Source: Balanoglossus misakiensis (taxonomy: Eukaryota; Animalia; Hemichordata). Taken from it: a stretch of 64,000 bases of DNA. How positions within the stretch are numbered: position 1 is the stretch's first letter; the number at the start of each line of letters is the position of its first letter. The notes beneath the pieces were generated by a model. That model did not search any database and was not told where the DNA came from. It saw nothing but the letters and a program-made list of their open reading frames with translations. The translations under genes were made by a program, and so were the position numbers. Below are positions 39,601 to 53,204 of the stretch, one piece after another. The stretch covers positions 17,429,912 to 17,493,911 of the forward strand of contig CM082578.2 of assembly GCA_040954595.2 (NCBI GenBank), written 5' to 3'.

Positions 39601-40964
39601 CCCTTGCTGATTTCCAATTTCCCCACTCACAAAAGTACACTGTACAGAACACACATCAAAATTGTCCAGTCATATATTCACATCAGGTGAACTTTTCTGT
39701 AGGAACGATATTGATAGTGGGTATTAACCTTTACATTTAATTTCAAACAGAAAGAAGTATTATATACATGTATGCACTGACTAAGTGGTGTGTATACGAG
39801 TTTTATTAACCCCTCACTGGGACTGTACTTCCAAGTTTGAACAAGATTAATATTAAATGGGTATCCCGCTCATTAATTCATTAATTGGAGCTGATTAAAA
39901 ATATTTACATTTAGAACACTTTTTTCCCAGTGCATGACAAGAGCGTTTATCCACATGGGAGGTGAGGTACAAAAACAAAGACCAGTTGTTGTTTCCTCAA
40001 AGATTTCCTCCAGAAATGCAATCAGTGTAGGTATTGTATTTCACCATGCACTACATTTCAAATGTCAAAAGTTACTATCCATGACCTTGAGTGGAATAAA
40101 GATTTGGTTTCATGCAGGGTGACATTTGCGAACATTCTAGGTAATGCATCTGACAAGTAGCAAATAGTCACGTGTGAAACTTCACAAGTAGCCATGGTTA
40201 CTCTGCCTGGCTAATTGGCTAATCTAGTATGGTGTGAACTAGTTATATACGGCAGAGATGAAGCTGATTTGATTTTAAAAGGAATGAAAGTTGAAATTTT
40301 ATAAAGAGAATGAAGCAATGTTGCTCACAATATAAACTGGTAAATATTACCAACAAACGTAAAGCAGTAAAAGTTTACAATTAGAATTTAGATATACAAA
40401 TTTTTGCCCTGTACACAGCCATGTTGCCCTGATGAGTATGGAGTATGTGAAATTTAGCAAAGTTTTTGTCATCCATATTATACATATCATATGGTGTTCA
40501 CCGTTGGGTCTCACAACATGTGCCGGCATATACTTAGCATAAACATTGTGAAAGGTGATATGTTGAAAACAAGTTCATTTACCTGGGGCAGTCTGCTGTG
40601 GTGAGTTGTTGGAACTGCTGTTGCTGTTACCATTACTTTCATTACCCCCCAACCACGGGGAGAGATGGTTCAGCGATACTTGCTCTATGAATGACGTTCC
40701 ATATTTTCGAAAATACCACCACTCAAAAATCTGACAGATACAAATAATCAGAATACATGATATAATATGAATATTAACAAAGAAGGGCAAAATAATTCAA
40801 CTAATCAACACATACATTTCTCTTGTATAATAAGACGGTCTAGTGGAGTGCATTACTGATGATGGTGAACATGATGATAATGCAATGGTGATGATGATGA
40901 TTATGGTGGTGATAGTGGTTATGATGATGATGATGATGATGACGATGATGACGATGATGATGAC

Positions 40965-41008
<44 letters not shown>

Positions 41009-44000
41009 CGATGATGACGATGATGATGACGATGATGATGATGATCGATTAAGAAGCAAAACCATCAATAATTACAATCTTTAAATTTACAATAAAGTCT
41101 GGCAGTGAAGGACAAACACACACGAGTCACAAATCCACAATACTCATTACTGCACCTTCACCTAAAGTGATGTCACAGTCAATTACAAATCCCCATGGAT
41201 TAAAATGATGTAAAAAGGAAATGAGACATCTATCTTGTCTCTTCGTTTTTAAGGCTTTGTGTAAATGTCAGAATAATGCCAGGATAAAAGATAAATGCAC
41301 ATTGGGTACACTAATGATGTTTGATTCTAATCTTTGCTGTATGGATACATCTTCAGTATATTTACTCATCACACACTGTCAGACAGTATCAGTAACTAAG
41401 GAAAAATCTCTGTATTTTTTGTTCCACTTATCAGGAAGCAGTTTCTTGCCGTCTCAAGCCAGTTTGCTCAGAAATATTTCTTTTTTTCAATTTTGTGCAA
41501 TGACGCATAACCAGAGTAACTAACTAAATGTAACTGTTCAGATAGCTACCCATCAAATAAAATACGATATATGAGACTATGCAGTCGAGTCCTGTTACAA
41601 ATGAAACAGAACTTTCTGTTACATGTTTATCAATCCATTACCCTAGGATAAGGAAATCATGCTGATCAAGTCCTTTGCAGAATGTATGATTGCTTGCTTC
41701 GTGACCTTATCAATCCTACACACCAAGCCATTATAAAATGATGGTGCTCTCTACAGAAAATCGATATCATGAGATTGAATTTCAGTACTCACCAAAATCA
41801 GGCCAGATATCAGGGATGATGTACCTGTCAACGCCACATAAAACTTGGGTGTCAAGGTGTTCAAGAACATCGCTACTGCAAGGTTGAGAAGAAGAAAAAG
41901 AAGAAGATAGAATTTGATTTAGTTTGCGTGGAATTTGATTATGCCAGCTGATCCTGTATAACAACAAACATGTATTTTTGTTTGTGTGGAGTTTGACTGT
42001 CTTTGTTGATTCTGTACAGACAACAGGTAGATCACTCTCTTCCTTCAGCTGTTCTACTGCCCCGGATCTGTTTGCTAATTTTGAAGGAAAGAGTCAGCAG
42101 AATGTCAGCTTGTGTAGAAGTGTCAGCAGATGCTCAATGTCTTACATGTACACCAGCTGAGACCAGTCACCTTCGGCCCAAAAGTGACCCTAATAATCAT
42201 CTGAAGGCCCTATAATGTCGACAGCCGACCTTAGTTTATCACCTGATGACCAATTCATGTCACTGTATCAATGCTTGTACCCACTAATGACCCTGGGCCT
42301 AAGAGGATAGGTGGTGACCTTAGGTCAGGGTGACTGCCCCTCTCAAATAGCTGATGACCAAGATGTAAGCTGGTGACCTCAAATTAAGGCAATTCAGAGA
42401 CCTTTAGTGAGATTCAAGAGTATGCCTTGAAAAATGCACAAGTGCCATAATCTACTACGGTACGACCTCAAGCATTTTACTGAAACATACGATGAAAACT
42501 TTCACATCTGAAAATGTAACAGCTGTAAAAGTTTGCTATTTTTAAGCAGTAATCATTTTCACACTCTCTACGATATTGTATAAAGTGAGGTACGGTATGC
42601 ACACGTGACATTTGAACTATAAAAGTCATTTTCTATATTTAAACTATATAATCTAATTTTGTTATAATTAGACAAGCTATTCATTCAGCTTATAGTCCAA
42701 TAAGGCCAATATTTTAGTGTATTAAACACTTCAAAGGCCTCATTTCATTAGTTAAATACACATTTACACAAGTGCAATGTCATGTATGAACTGAGTTGTC
42801 TTCAGGGCATCACAACTGATGATGAAGACAGAAACAATAAGATGAAAGAAGATGACCTATGAGAAATACTGGAATGTGATGCATTCTTGAAAAATGTCCC
42901 TAATTAAAATTCATGATAACCCTTTTCATCATTTTACAAGTGCCAATGCAAGAATACCATGCATGTTTTCTAACACGCAACGCAGAAATGTTTATCACAT
43001 GATAAACTTTTCCTGAATCACATCTAAAGAAACAAGTCTTTTAACACACACACGTCACAAGAATATTATCTGCAGCAGCAGAGGTAATTCATGGAACGGA
43101 AAGAGTGACAGACTGAATTTCACAACAAAACTGGACATTACTCATTATTAGACCTCCAACCTGAGGCATTCAAATCTACAAGAGGATATTACTGACTCTA
43201 CATCAGATATGTCCCGGGGTGTCTATTATACCACGCAGTTCAATACAAAACCTTTCCTGAATGTTAATAACGTGGACGTCACAACATGTGGACACAGATA
43301 AAAGACTTGCAAACTCATACCTGCCCAGAACAACAGATATATCCTGCTGCTTGCCTAAAGGCAGTTCTCATGTAATGCTCCCCAGAAAAATAAATCGGTT
43401 GTTCAGCGCATATTAGCAAAAACGAACAAAACCAAGACAGACAGAAAAAAATGTTTTCCTTACAGAATTATCCAGATAATCTTTGCGCTGTAAGACAACT
43501 AGATAGTTCCAAGGCAAAAGAAGCCACTTATCTTCTTCAAGTCATTACATGTCGCCACAACCCTGATTTCAACTTAAATATGCTATTTTTATGGTTGCTA
43601 GGCAACATACTGATGTCAGCAACGTCCCTCCTCTTTTGATGAGACGTCCACAAAAAGAGACAAAACGTCAGATTTGGCTGCATCTGCCTCGTGACTTGAG
43701 AACATTCACACAGGAAATCTGACAGCAATCCCATGATACACTAGCAAATAACTGATAGTTAAAGGGAAGGAATGACTGAATACTAGACTAGTTGAAAAAA
43801 TGCCATTTTATTTGAAGTACAAGATTGAGTTAAAGGACTAATACATGTACATATAACAAATAAAGCCATGCCACATCCAGCAGACTTGTATTGATGTTGT
43901 TCATCAAAACAGGCCATACACTTGCACTTCATTAATAACAAGTGGGGAAGACTATTGCCACAAAAAATGACAGGACAAATTTATCCAGGGGTTGCACATA

Positions 44001-47000
44001 CAATAAAGCAAAAGTGAATATGACATCGCCGGAACTGAATGGAAGTTTACAGTAATCATTACAGACATTGATGGGAGCTATACTGCATTTAGAACACGTA
44101 CTGCCTACAGCAATTACAGAACCACAAATATGTCAACTATTTGTGATATTCAATTGAAAAGAAGCAAGCCACAAGCGTTTGAATTAAATTTGACAAATAC
44201 ATGCAAAATGGACATTCATGTAGGAAAGGAGCTTTTGGCTTTGAATTCTCAGACTGGCTCTATATGCTGCCAGGGAACTTATATTGATCATTCTGTATTA
44301 CATGGGATGAAAGGGTTAAAGCTTCTGTAACTCTGAATGAAAACCGAACAACTCCATATTCTAAACCAAATCATTTCCAAACATCACATAGAATCACAAT
44401 TATACGCATACAATTACACATTCAATTTTTTAAAAGTGACATAGCACAAGGGTTAAAGTCTTTGAAAACCCCACTGCCTATCAACATACATTCATACATG
44501 CAAGTTTATTATAGTTATTTAATGATCTAATGTTACAATTACAAATATAGTACATTTCCCAGTAGCTATATAAACACTTCAACTCAGCTGAATTTGCTCA
44601 GTACATTATGGACCACAGGAGGTCTTCACTGACTCCCAGATATCCCATTGCTGGTGACTATTTTTACCAATATTTACTCTGATATTTCCTCTTTTAAAAT
44701 GGAAAAATGTACGTCTTGTTTGCACTGAAATCTGAACTTTGTAATTTTAAAACAAGATCTAACTTCTGGTTCTGAATACATGTTAACACTTCGGAGCCAA
44801 TAAAAACTATTGATATTCAAAAACACATGATTATCCTCCTCTGTTTAGAGTAGACCCTGCACCATTCTCTATCAAATGCTCTCAATTCACAACCTCCACC
44901 AAATGAAGTCGTTAAATTTCAATTAGGATTAAACTGATACAGTGCAAATGTTTTATTGCAAGCATGATCTACTCTTATAGAGTCATAGAATATTAACAAT
45001 GTTGTTTGACACTGAATTGATTACTGCAAGGGAGGGTCTTTTATTACCTGTCTGACTGAAACATTGACATATATGACACGAAAACACCGAGCAATACAAT
45101 ACAGAAATGAATGTCAGTCAGCATTTAACAAGTCCCGTTGACATAAATACTGACAAACACATTCAAGATGTTGCGAGCTTTTCTAGCAAACACTAAATTC
45201 TTGGGGGTAATTCGTTAGTATACACAAATATTATGATGATAATAAACTGAACACACTGATAAATTTAATCCAACCAATTTCATTTTCAAGCAAAAATTAG
45301 CACAGAATAGTTCTCCACACATTCATCCACTATAAAAATTCAGAAAATAATGAAAATTTGATGGTTTTCATTTCAGTTTGGCACAGTCCAGCAGCACTTA
45401 ACATGTTCTAGTAAAATCTACTTGCTGGGGTGCTTCAAAAAATTCACAGAAGCTGACTATTGTGCTCACCACTGCAAGAGCTATAAAATAAATTGATGGT
45501 TGGCAAACTGATGCCTTTCATGATGTTATAAAATACACTGATGGGACTCAATGTGTGTACAGCCCACACTATTACACAATCCAACAAAATCCTGTTTAAT
45601 GGGTGTCTTTCAAGTGTATTATACTCATGACAGATATTGTCCACTGTCACCTAGGTGCTAATACATTTCTGATATAAATGATGTAAAATGCGTTGAGTAC
45701 TTTTATTTCACTTATGTTTATTTTTCCCATGAAAGAATTATATGAAACTTCAATAATCCCGAGAGAGGAAACCAAACCACGACGCTTGATATCCATTACA
45801 GGATTTTCACAGTACACATTTATGACCGTTAAGAAAATGGCTTCTTCAGGAAACCATCTTATCTCTAAGACTGTCGTCATGGTAACCTGTCAGAGTCCTT
45901 CTTTCTGGCCGAGCACAGACCATTTTTTGTACTCATGTGTAAATAGTTGTTGTGTCATCTGTTTCACTTATTGTGTTTACAGACCACCATAGTTCAGTCC
46001 CATCTTTTCTATGGGCCATTTCGAGGGAACTGGGGGTAAAAGTATTAAAATGAGACTCATAAGAGCCTTCCTTCTTCTACTGTAAACCGTGAAATCGTTT
46101 TTGCTAGAGTACGTACATGTAGCTGTATTGTTCATTTACAATCAAGACTGGGAGAGCAGCATCTCTTTGTTGCTTTCTTATCATTTTTCCTATCCAGAGG
46201 GTTATCTCCAGTTACACTATTTACAAAAGGATGCACATCTGCTGATTATTATATTCACAGAATCACACACGTCATAAATCACTGTCACTACTCTGCACGA
46301 ATTACTTTGGCCTTCGATTTTAATTGTGTCATCTTTGTATCTGCTGATATAAATAATTTTCCACTGCACGCAACAATCTGATGAATGAACAAAACGTTGA
46401 AAGAGTAGGAAACATTGAGTAAACAACAACCCCCCAAAAAAATTTCAAAAAATGATACTATTATCACCGACCTGGTCTGAGCATTGCTTTTATTGACATG
46501 TATTAGAGGGCAGCCCTGTTTATGTTACAAATTAAACAAAACAGTATTCCAGAAACTGGTAAAGTTTCTGATTTTATCTGTTCTCAGATAAGGATCCTAT
46601 CCAGCTCCTGTGGGATCTGTGCCCAAACTCATCATATTATAAGGTCATGTGAAATCAATATCATGCACTAGAAATGCCAAGGAAACTGACAACAGTGACA
46701 TTATGGTTTCTGTGTACTACAGTATCTTTAATCATACGATTAAAATTATGGACAATTCAGGCCTGAAGACAGATAGATACCCATAATGCAACAGTTGGGT
46801 TGGTGTTATCGGTATTTATTCTGTTTTGTTTCAGCAGATTGAAGCAAATTGACCTAATATGGCCTTAAAGAAATGAGACAACCCATCACTGATATATAAA
46901 ATACCACACATTCAATGCACTTCAACTTGTTGATTACAAATCTCTCATACGGTATATACAAACAAAGATTAGTGAAAATCAGCAGAATAATATGCCATCT

Positions 47001-50000
47001 CTACAGCTTAAAGTGCAAGATCAAATGAATCATGTCTGTTCTTTCTCATTTCAAAAGCAACAGAAGAATCAGTACTACAAAGGAAAATAACTCCACATTC
47101 AATGAAATGGCAAATAATCTATGTAAAGGCTCTCTTTTACTATTTTTTATTACTAAACTGCAATAAATTAATAAGTACATTCGATTACCTTTTTATTACT
47201 TTGAAAGCAAACCATATAATAACACAAAATAAATCTACTATCCTGTTAGTTACAGTGATGACTGGAAACATGATTCTGAATCAATTTTCAATGAATGTGA
47301 ATTTATTGCCAACTCACAAACACACTATCACTCACTCTGTGGCTAACTCACTGTTTAACTCACTCATTCACTCCACCCACTGCTCGCTCACTCACCCATT
47401 CACTTACTCACTCACTCACACCAGATAAGCAAGTCTGTATGGCTATAAATGTTAAGGAAGATTTTAGAAATTTGTGAACCTAGCCAACTGGAAATGTCGT
47501 ACATTTTTGGATTATCAGTGTCATGGTCACAACAGGTGTCATTAAGTTAGTAGTATATTAATGTACACATATTTAACATGATATAGTAGGTCAAAATTTG
47601 TAACTTATTTCCATTTTAGTAAACATCTGTCATGTAGACAATGTACATAATTTGATTTCAGTTATCTATCACTGTTAACTTGGATTATAATTGTCTCTTT
47701 TTCCCAGTCAAATTTTAATCACAGGTAACATCGTCATACAAAATAGCAGACAGATGAAATGATGATCATACTCCGGGGCAAAAGAAAATGAACAATTCCA
47801 AAAGGCTGTGGCGGTGAATTCAGAATGAATGTAATAATCTCTTTATGACGCAGGAAATTCTGAAAATACGTAAGAGAAGAGACAGTTTGTAATCTTTGGT
47901 TATGTTTTTTTTTCAAAAACGTGCCAGATGACATGATTAGAATGTAAGAAGGTTTAATCTCTGCACGCTTCACTCAGTGAGGTCACATATTGAGAATCCA
48001 GCTGATGAAAAATGTAAATACATAAATGTATGGTGCTAACAACTGTAATCACCATAAAAAAATGTAAACACAAAATTATCATTGGATTCAAGCAAGCTTG
48101 TACTATAACTAACAACTTTGAAATGCAGCCATTTAGCAGAACCAAATATGTTCAGGAAAGGCAACACAAACACATATGGAAACACAATTAAATGGTTTGA
48201 CAAGACATAAAAAAAAAAAAATATAGTGTAATTCTGTTTAGGGATTCAGAAGAAATTCGCCCTTGTCAACTTTCACTGCAACAAACAACCACTGCACAGG
48301 TACATTTGGTCTGTTTACAGCTTATTACAGGGCACTGCATTCATTTGAGAGATATTGATAGCTCCTCATTGCTATCAGCATCTCATGTGTGTCTGCGTAA
48401 TAACGATTTCATCAAATGCACTCGTTCATCCACTATAACCCAGGAGGAATACTTGCGTATTAGGAGTGCATGTCTACTTCTGTACAGGCAGAACAACACG
48501 AAGAGGCTGGCAGTGTGATCACAAATTCAGACACAAGAACGCAGGGGATAATAAAGAACGGGTCAACTATTTGATAAACAAACCTCTATGTCTTACAGAT
48601 GCTGCTTACCAGACGATCGCAAAAAAAAAACCATTGACGTAATACGTGTTGGAGTGTGCACATACTGTACACACTGAGTGACCAAGGTGTTGATACATAC
48701 ACATTTAGACCAAATAATGAAAAAAAATATGCCTGTATCATCAATGGAATAGCACTATAGCCAAACAACTGATGCAGCATATTTTCCTTGTTGACAAATA
48801 ATATAAAGCATCAATTGTAAATTGTGTATTCCAGAATATTCACTATCACACATTATAAAATAAGAGAACAGCTGGCTGTAATTTTACCATTAATCATGTC
48901 GATTATGATCCAGAGGTGGGCTTGGTGTCCAATTCGATGTGGCCAGAACCTTCCAAAATTGGTGTTTATAGATAATCACAGAAGCCTCCACAGAAGAAGA
49001 AAATACAATTTCAATGCTGGGCTGCTGGTAGTGAAGTAGACACAAGACCCTCTCTACGTGCACAGTGAGGTACAATGTGGAAAATGAGGCACAAGTGGGG
49101 GAATTCTAAAGCGCAATGCACCCGACCATCAAGTACAAAAGGGACATGATTAAGGTGCTACCATTTACACCCATGGGGGTGGCCGCGTGTGCAGTGTTTA
49201 GCTCACTCACCAGCAGTAGTATATGTATGTACAGTGCATGTATCATATGTGTGATGATGATACCTCAGCTGCTGTATATAATTGGCAGAACGCAGCCCCA
49301 GTCACTCATTAGCATTTCAGTCGCCATTGTCACAGGAAGAGTGACTTCTGAAACAAAGGTGAGGCATGCAGGCAGTAAACAGTATGAATCTTTCAATTGT
49401 AAGTATTACATCTGATAATTTACTTTCTTTCTTATGAGTGACTAAACACTTCACAAATTCAAAGGTATTTTGCTCAATTCTTCATTTTTTATTTCAGTTT
49501 TATCTGTAAACTAAATAATATATAATAAACTGTATGAATGATGACAGCTGTCAAGTCCTCATATTTTCTCTGAAATTATATGTATGTGACTGGTCATGAC
49601 TTTAATAATATTAAACTGCTGAATGAAGTTAAACATAACATCCACACTGTTTGGACTATTGAGAAACTCACTTATGAGGTACACTTTTTTAAGAATGAGA
49701 CACAGTAATTAAAACTGTTTATAGTCTATGATTTTTCTCATCATATAATAAATTATGTAGAATCCAAATAACCTATGACACAAATTTTCCTAGGTATCAC
49801 TTTAATTAGAGCTCTTTTAAACTTACTGTCACATTTTCATGATTCATACACCTTAAGTCTCCTTAGCTACTTGTCTCAATTACCCAGACTGCCCTGGTGT
49901 GATCCATACTTCCACCTGAGGGCACAAGTATTGGAGAGGCTGGGTAACAAAGACTAGATTATCTGTCAATGCTTTTGTTGAATCTACACCTTGGAATACA

Positions 50001-52969
50001 GGTATTTGACACTATGATTATATTGTATGACCAATGTCAGCTGGTTAGGAAAAAAATTTAACCAGGGAAAAAATTTAACATTGTACATTCTGTAATAATG
50101 TTAATTATGAATAATGTTCAACTGTTCTATGAATCAGATGGGACAAAAATTAAAACATTGATCTTTATTAATCAATTAACATGTAATATATTTCTTGAAC
50201 CCTCAGTGCAATGGCTGTGGCAGTGGCATGATAGAATAAATCACCACAAAGCCTATTTTATTAGTGTCTCTGTCAATTAAAACTGGAATTTAACCAAGCA
50301 ATAGCATTCACTTTGAGTTCAACGTTTTGCCCTTGGCAGCGTAGTATAATTTTATGACATTCCCACAAAAATGAATGCTGAATAATGGCAGAAGCAACAG
50401 GCAGCAATTGACTGTCTGCGACTCAAGACAGTTGACTGTCTGCGTCCATTCAACATATTCCCAAGACTGATCTAAACCAACTTGCAACCTTTTCAGGCTG
50501 TAAATCATGACAAGTTTTTTTTCCCCAGCTGATGACCTCAAACATGACCCATGTCACACTGATCCTCTGCTAAGCAGCTCTGTGTTTAAATTTTGACAGC
50601 TGCCACATTTTTTACTACCACTCCAATGGGATTTCCCAACTCTCTTCTGTATGGAAGCTCAGACCAAAGAAACTCAGTATCATGCCAATTCTAATGCCAC
50701 CTGGTCCACAATGTCCAAATACAAAGAATTTGCAATATATACCATAGAGGGCGGTATTTGCACAGAAGTAGGAGCTTATGTTTATCAGAGATAAGGCTTC
50801 AAATAATCTCTGGAAGTTATATTCAAATGGATTTGTAATTATTTTATGACAACGACTACTGGCAACATTTAAGGGTCATTGGACCATCTTGACAATAGCC
50901 TTTATCATTAATTAATCACCAAGTGTATTGAAATCACAGGCAAGATCAAAATTGGAATGTGCATGCATAACAACAAAACTCATTCATGTAGTGGTTAACT
51001 GTTCAAGTCTGGGCACTTCCAGAAATCAGACATAATAGCATTGTTAGCAGCTCTTAGACAATCTTGTACACAATTCACAAGCGACCGTGCCTCAAGATGT
51101 CTGCTAACTTTTTACACACAACCATTGTGAAGTTAGAGAACTGGTACTATCCATATAAGAAAATTACTTGCTATTCATGATTAATAAATTTTAGATCCAA
51201 GATTCATAAACAAATAGGCAATACCTGGTGAACAGTTTTTCAATCTTTGAACTTGCACACCAGTACAATTCATGTATGTATGTTTCCTATAGTACTTCCC
51301 TTTTTAAAGTATATATCAGATAAGTACACTTGTACCTACTGGAGAGCATGAACATACATTTCTGTAATTCCATGATACATGTTCTACAAACTCCTTCAGG
51401 TAGTCAAACCAAGGTCAGACAGTCACAGCCTATAACCATTGTTTGAACAACTTTCACCGACTCACACATACACAAAGGCCTAAAATCATGAAAAGACACA
51501 TGTTGAGACCAGGGAGAAGCTAAACAGCATCAAGGTCACTGTGCTCCCAGAACCCTTTATTCAGAGTCAGCACATACATATCAGACAAATTTCATCTCAT
51601 TATGAACAATTTTCAACTAACGCTTAATTCTATCATGGAGGCTTCTGAGAAAATAGACTACACTGTGGCGGTTTTGTCATAAAATGACGTGAAGTTAAAT
51701 AATAGAGGAAAATCTTAATCATTGGAACCTGCAACCAAATTCTAAGTACCAGTCAGCAATCAGACAACGAATGCAATTTTTTTTCAGTACTTGGTCTACC
51801 ACACAAGTCCATACAAATGATATGGCTACCAGGGTCATTTTATTTACCCTGGATCACATGACTTTGTATGCCAATGTAATGTGCCATAAACATCCAATGA
51901 AAAGTTCAGCAGGACCATTTTCTGAAACTCAAGTACTTTTTGCACATCACTTGTGAGGTACGACAAAATATATACGTTACAATTTCGTTTTGTTTCAACT
52001 GATGTAGGAGAAAGGCATTAATACCTAGGTAAATGTTCTACTTCTGAATGCACAGCTGTTCCCATATAAACAATCTGATTTTGTTTACATTGATGCTGGT
52101 TGGTATAATACAAAATTATGAATTTCTCTGTAAGACTGCAGATATCCACACATTTATGTGGACACAACTAATAAACTCATGCGTGACATATTGTTTCATT
52201 TGCAAACAATAATTCATGCATGCATGCATGCATGCATACATACATACATCCATGGATTAGGCAGGACCTGTGCATTCAGGTGGACGTGGAACAACATCAG
52301 TGCAAATAGTTGTGTGGTTAGAGCATAGCCAGTATGGTTAGAGTTATGACCAAACAATTCGTGTGACCTAATTTTATGTTGTCGGTACAATGAATTATTA
52401 TATCACCGACATTTTCCTCCTCTGGCATACACAGGACGTTCCCGAAAAGCCATGAAAGAACCTAAGAAATTGAGTGATCAATTTCAAAGTTGCTGTGAAC
52501 TTTCACTTCGCACTATCATGACTATGTACCCGAAATACCGCAGGTGTAATAAAAGTTAAGCTGCATTCTTGCTGACGAGCGGAATGCAACGACTCGGTTT
52601 GATTTTTGAAACTCATTTCTTATTATCTAAAATATGACCGAGGTAGCCGTTTCACAGAACACACCACTGTCTCTGTCAACGATACGCTGATCATCAAAAC
52701 TCCGCAAAATGAGTGTGTAGTGACTAGTCACGGTGTATCGCTATCTCTACCCCCCCCCCCCCCTTCATTCACCAACATTTCGTCGTACGGCGAGAGATTT
52801 GTGGTTCGCTGAACTTACCAAAACTGGCGTTTTCACTCATTTTCAGTGGCACGCGTAGGACATAAATCAGAAAAGCGACAAGAAGAAACCAAAGTAACCA
52901 CAGGTAACTCCAAGCCCACCAGGCACACGCTTTCAACTTGTCCACAAGAGTTGTCAACACACCCGCCAT
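33611..52969 (-). CDS. ST7: Suppression of tumorigenicity 7 (ST7/ST7L orthologue, about 551 aa, 12 coding exons)
   Basis: Exons are 52969-52819 ([11 protein letters not shown]), 41875-41793 ([25 protein letters not shown]), 40730-40583 ([19 protein letters not shown]), 39074-38904 ([14 protein letters not shown]...[13 protein letters not shown]), 38600-38522, 38288-38134, 37766-37669 ([21 protein letters not shown]), 36576-36389, 35057-34955 ([17 protein letters not shown]), 34600-34357, 34129-33990 and 33706-33611 ([13 protein letters not shown]). These motifs closely match vertebrate ST7. Confidence 0.95.
34775..34857. repeat. 42-bp tandem duplication within a probable interspersed-repeat relic (ST7 intron)
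   Basis: ACCTGGCAGCCATATTGGATTG(C/T)ATTGCAAAG(C/T)AAA(A/T)TGA occurs twice, starting at 34775 and 34817. Confidence 0.8.
40921..41045. repeat. (ATG)n/(ACG) trinucleotide microsatellite in ST7 intron 2
   Basis: About 40 ATG units with occasional ACG, and a degenerate flank from about 40857. It explains the spurious poly-Met ORF. Confidence 0.95.
47328..47420. repeat. Degenerate (CTCA)n tetranucleotide repeat
   Basis: tcactcactc...actcactcattcactcc...ctcactcacccattcacttactcactcactcac, in ST7 intron 1. Confidence 0.75.
52215..52249. repeat. (CATG)5(CATA)n compound microsatellite
   Basis: catgcatgcatgcatgcatgcatacatacatacat. Confidence 0.85.
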
Positions 52970-53204
52970 GTTGGAAGGCCTCGCGACGCATGCGCACTTG
53001 CACAGTGGAGTCAAGTTCCATTGGTCTGGGAGAAACTCTACCACAATACTTCTGCCAGAAAATGTCTCTGGATTTTTTATTTGACGTTCCTGTAAAAGTG
53101 TTGCTACATTTGAAAGTAAATGGACGTCCGGTCTGTGTTCGACTGGACAGTTTTAGTCAATAATTCTACACGCCGGTGTTTAACATTACTGTTACCTTAG
53201 CAAC
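52963..53204 (-). promoter_or_regulatory. ST7 promoter (housekeeping-type motifs plus RFX X-box)
   Basis: A YY1-like AACATGGCGG overlaps the ATG. TCGCGA and an NRF1-like CGCATGCGCA lie at 52981-52996, and an X-box-like GTTACCTTAGCAAC at 53191-53204. This is motif matching only. Confidence 0.45.

Noticed and set aside
40843-41052. Poly-Met ORF
   Set aside because: It is the translation of an (ATG)n microsatellite on the strand opposite an ST7 intron.
52972-53044. N-terminal extension of ST7 suggested by ORF 52769..53044
   Set aside because: It has a non-ATG start and overlaps promoter motifs. The ATG at 52969 has a good context and matches the known ST7 N-terminus.
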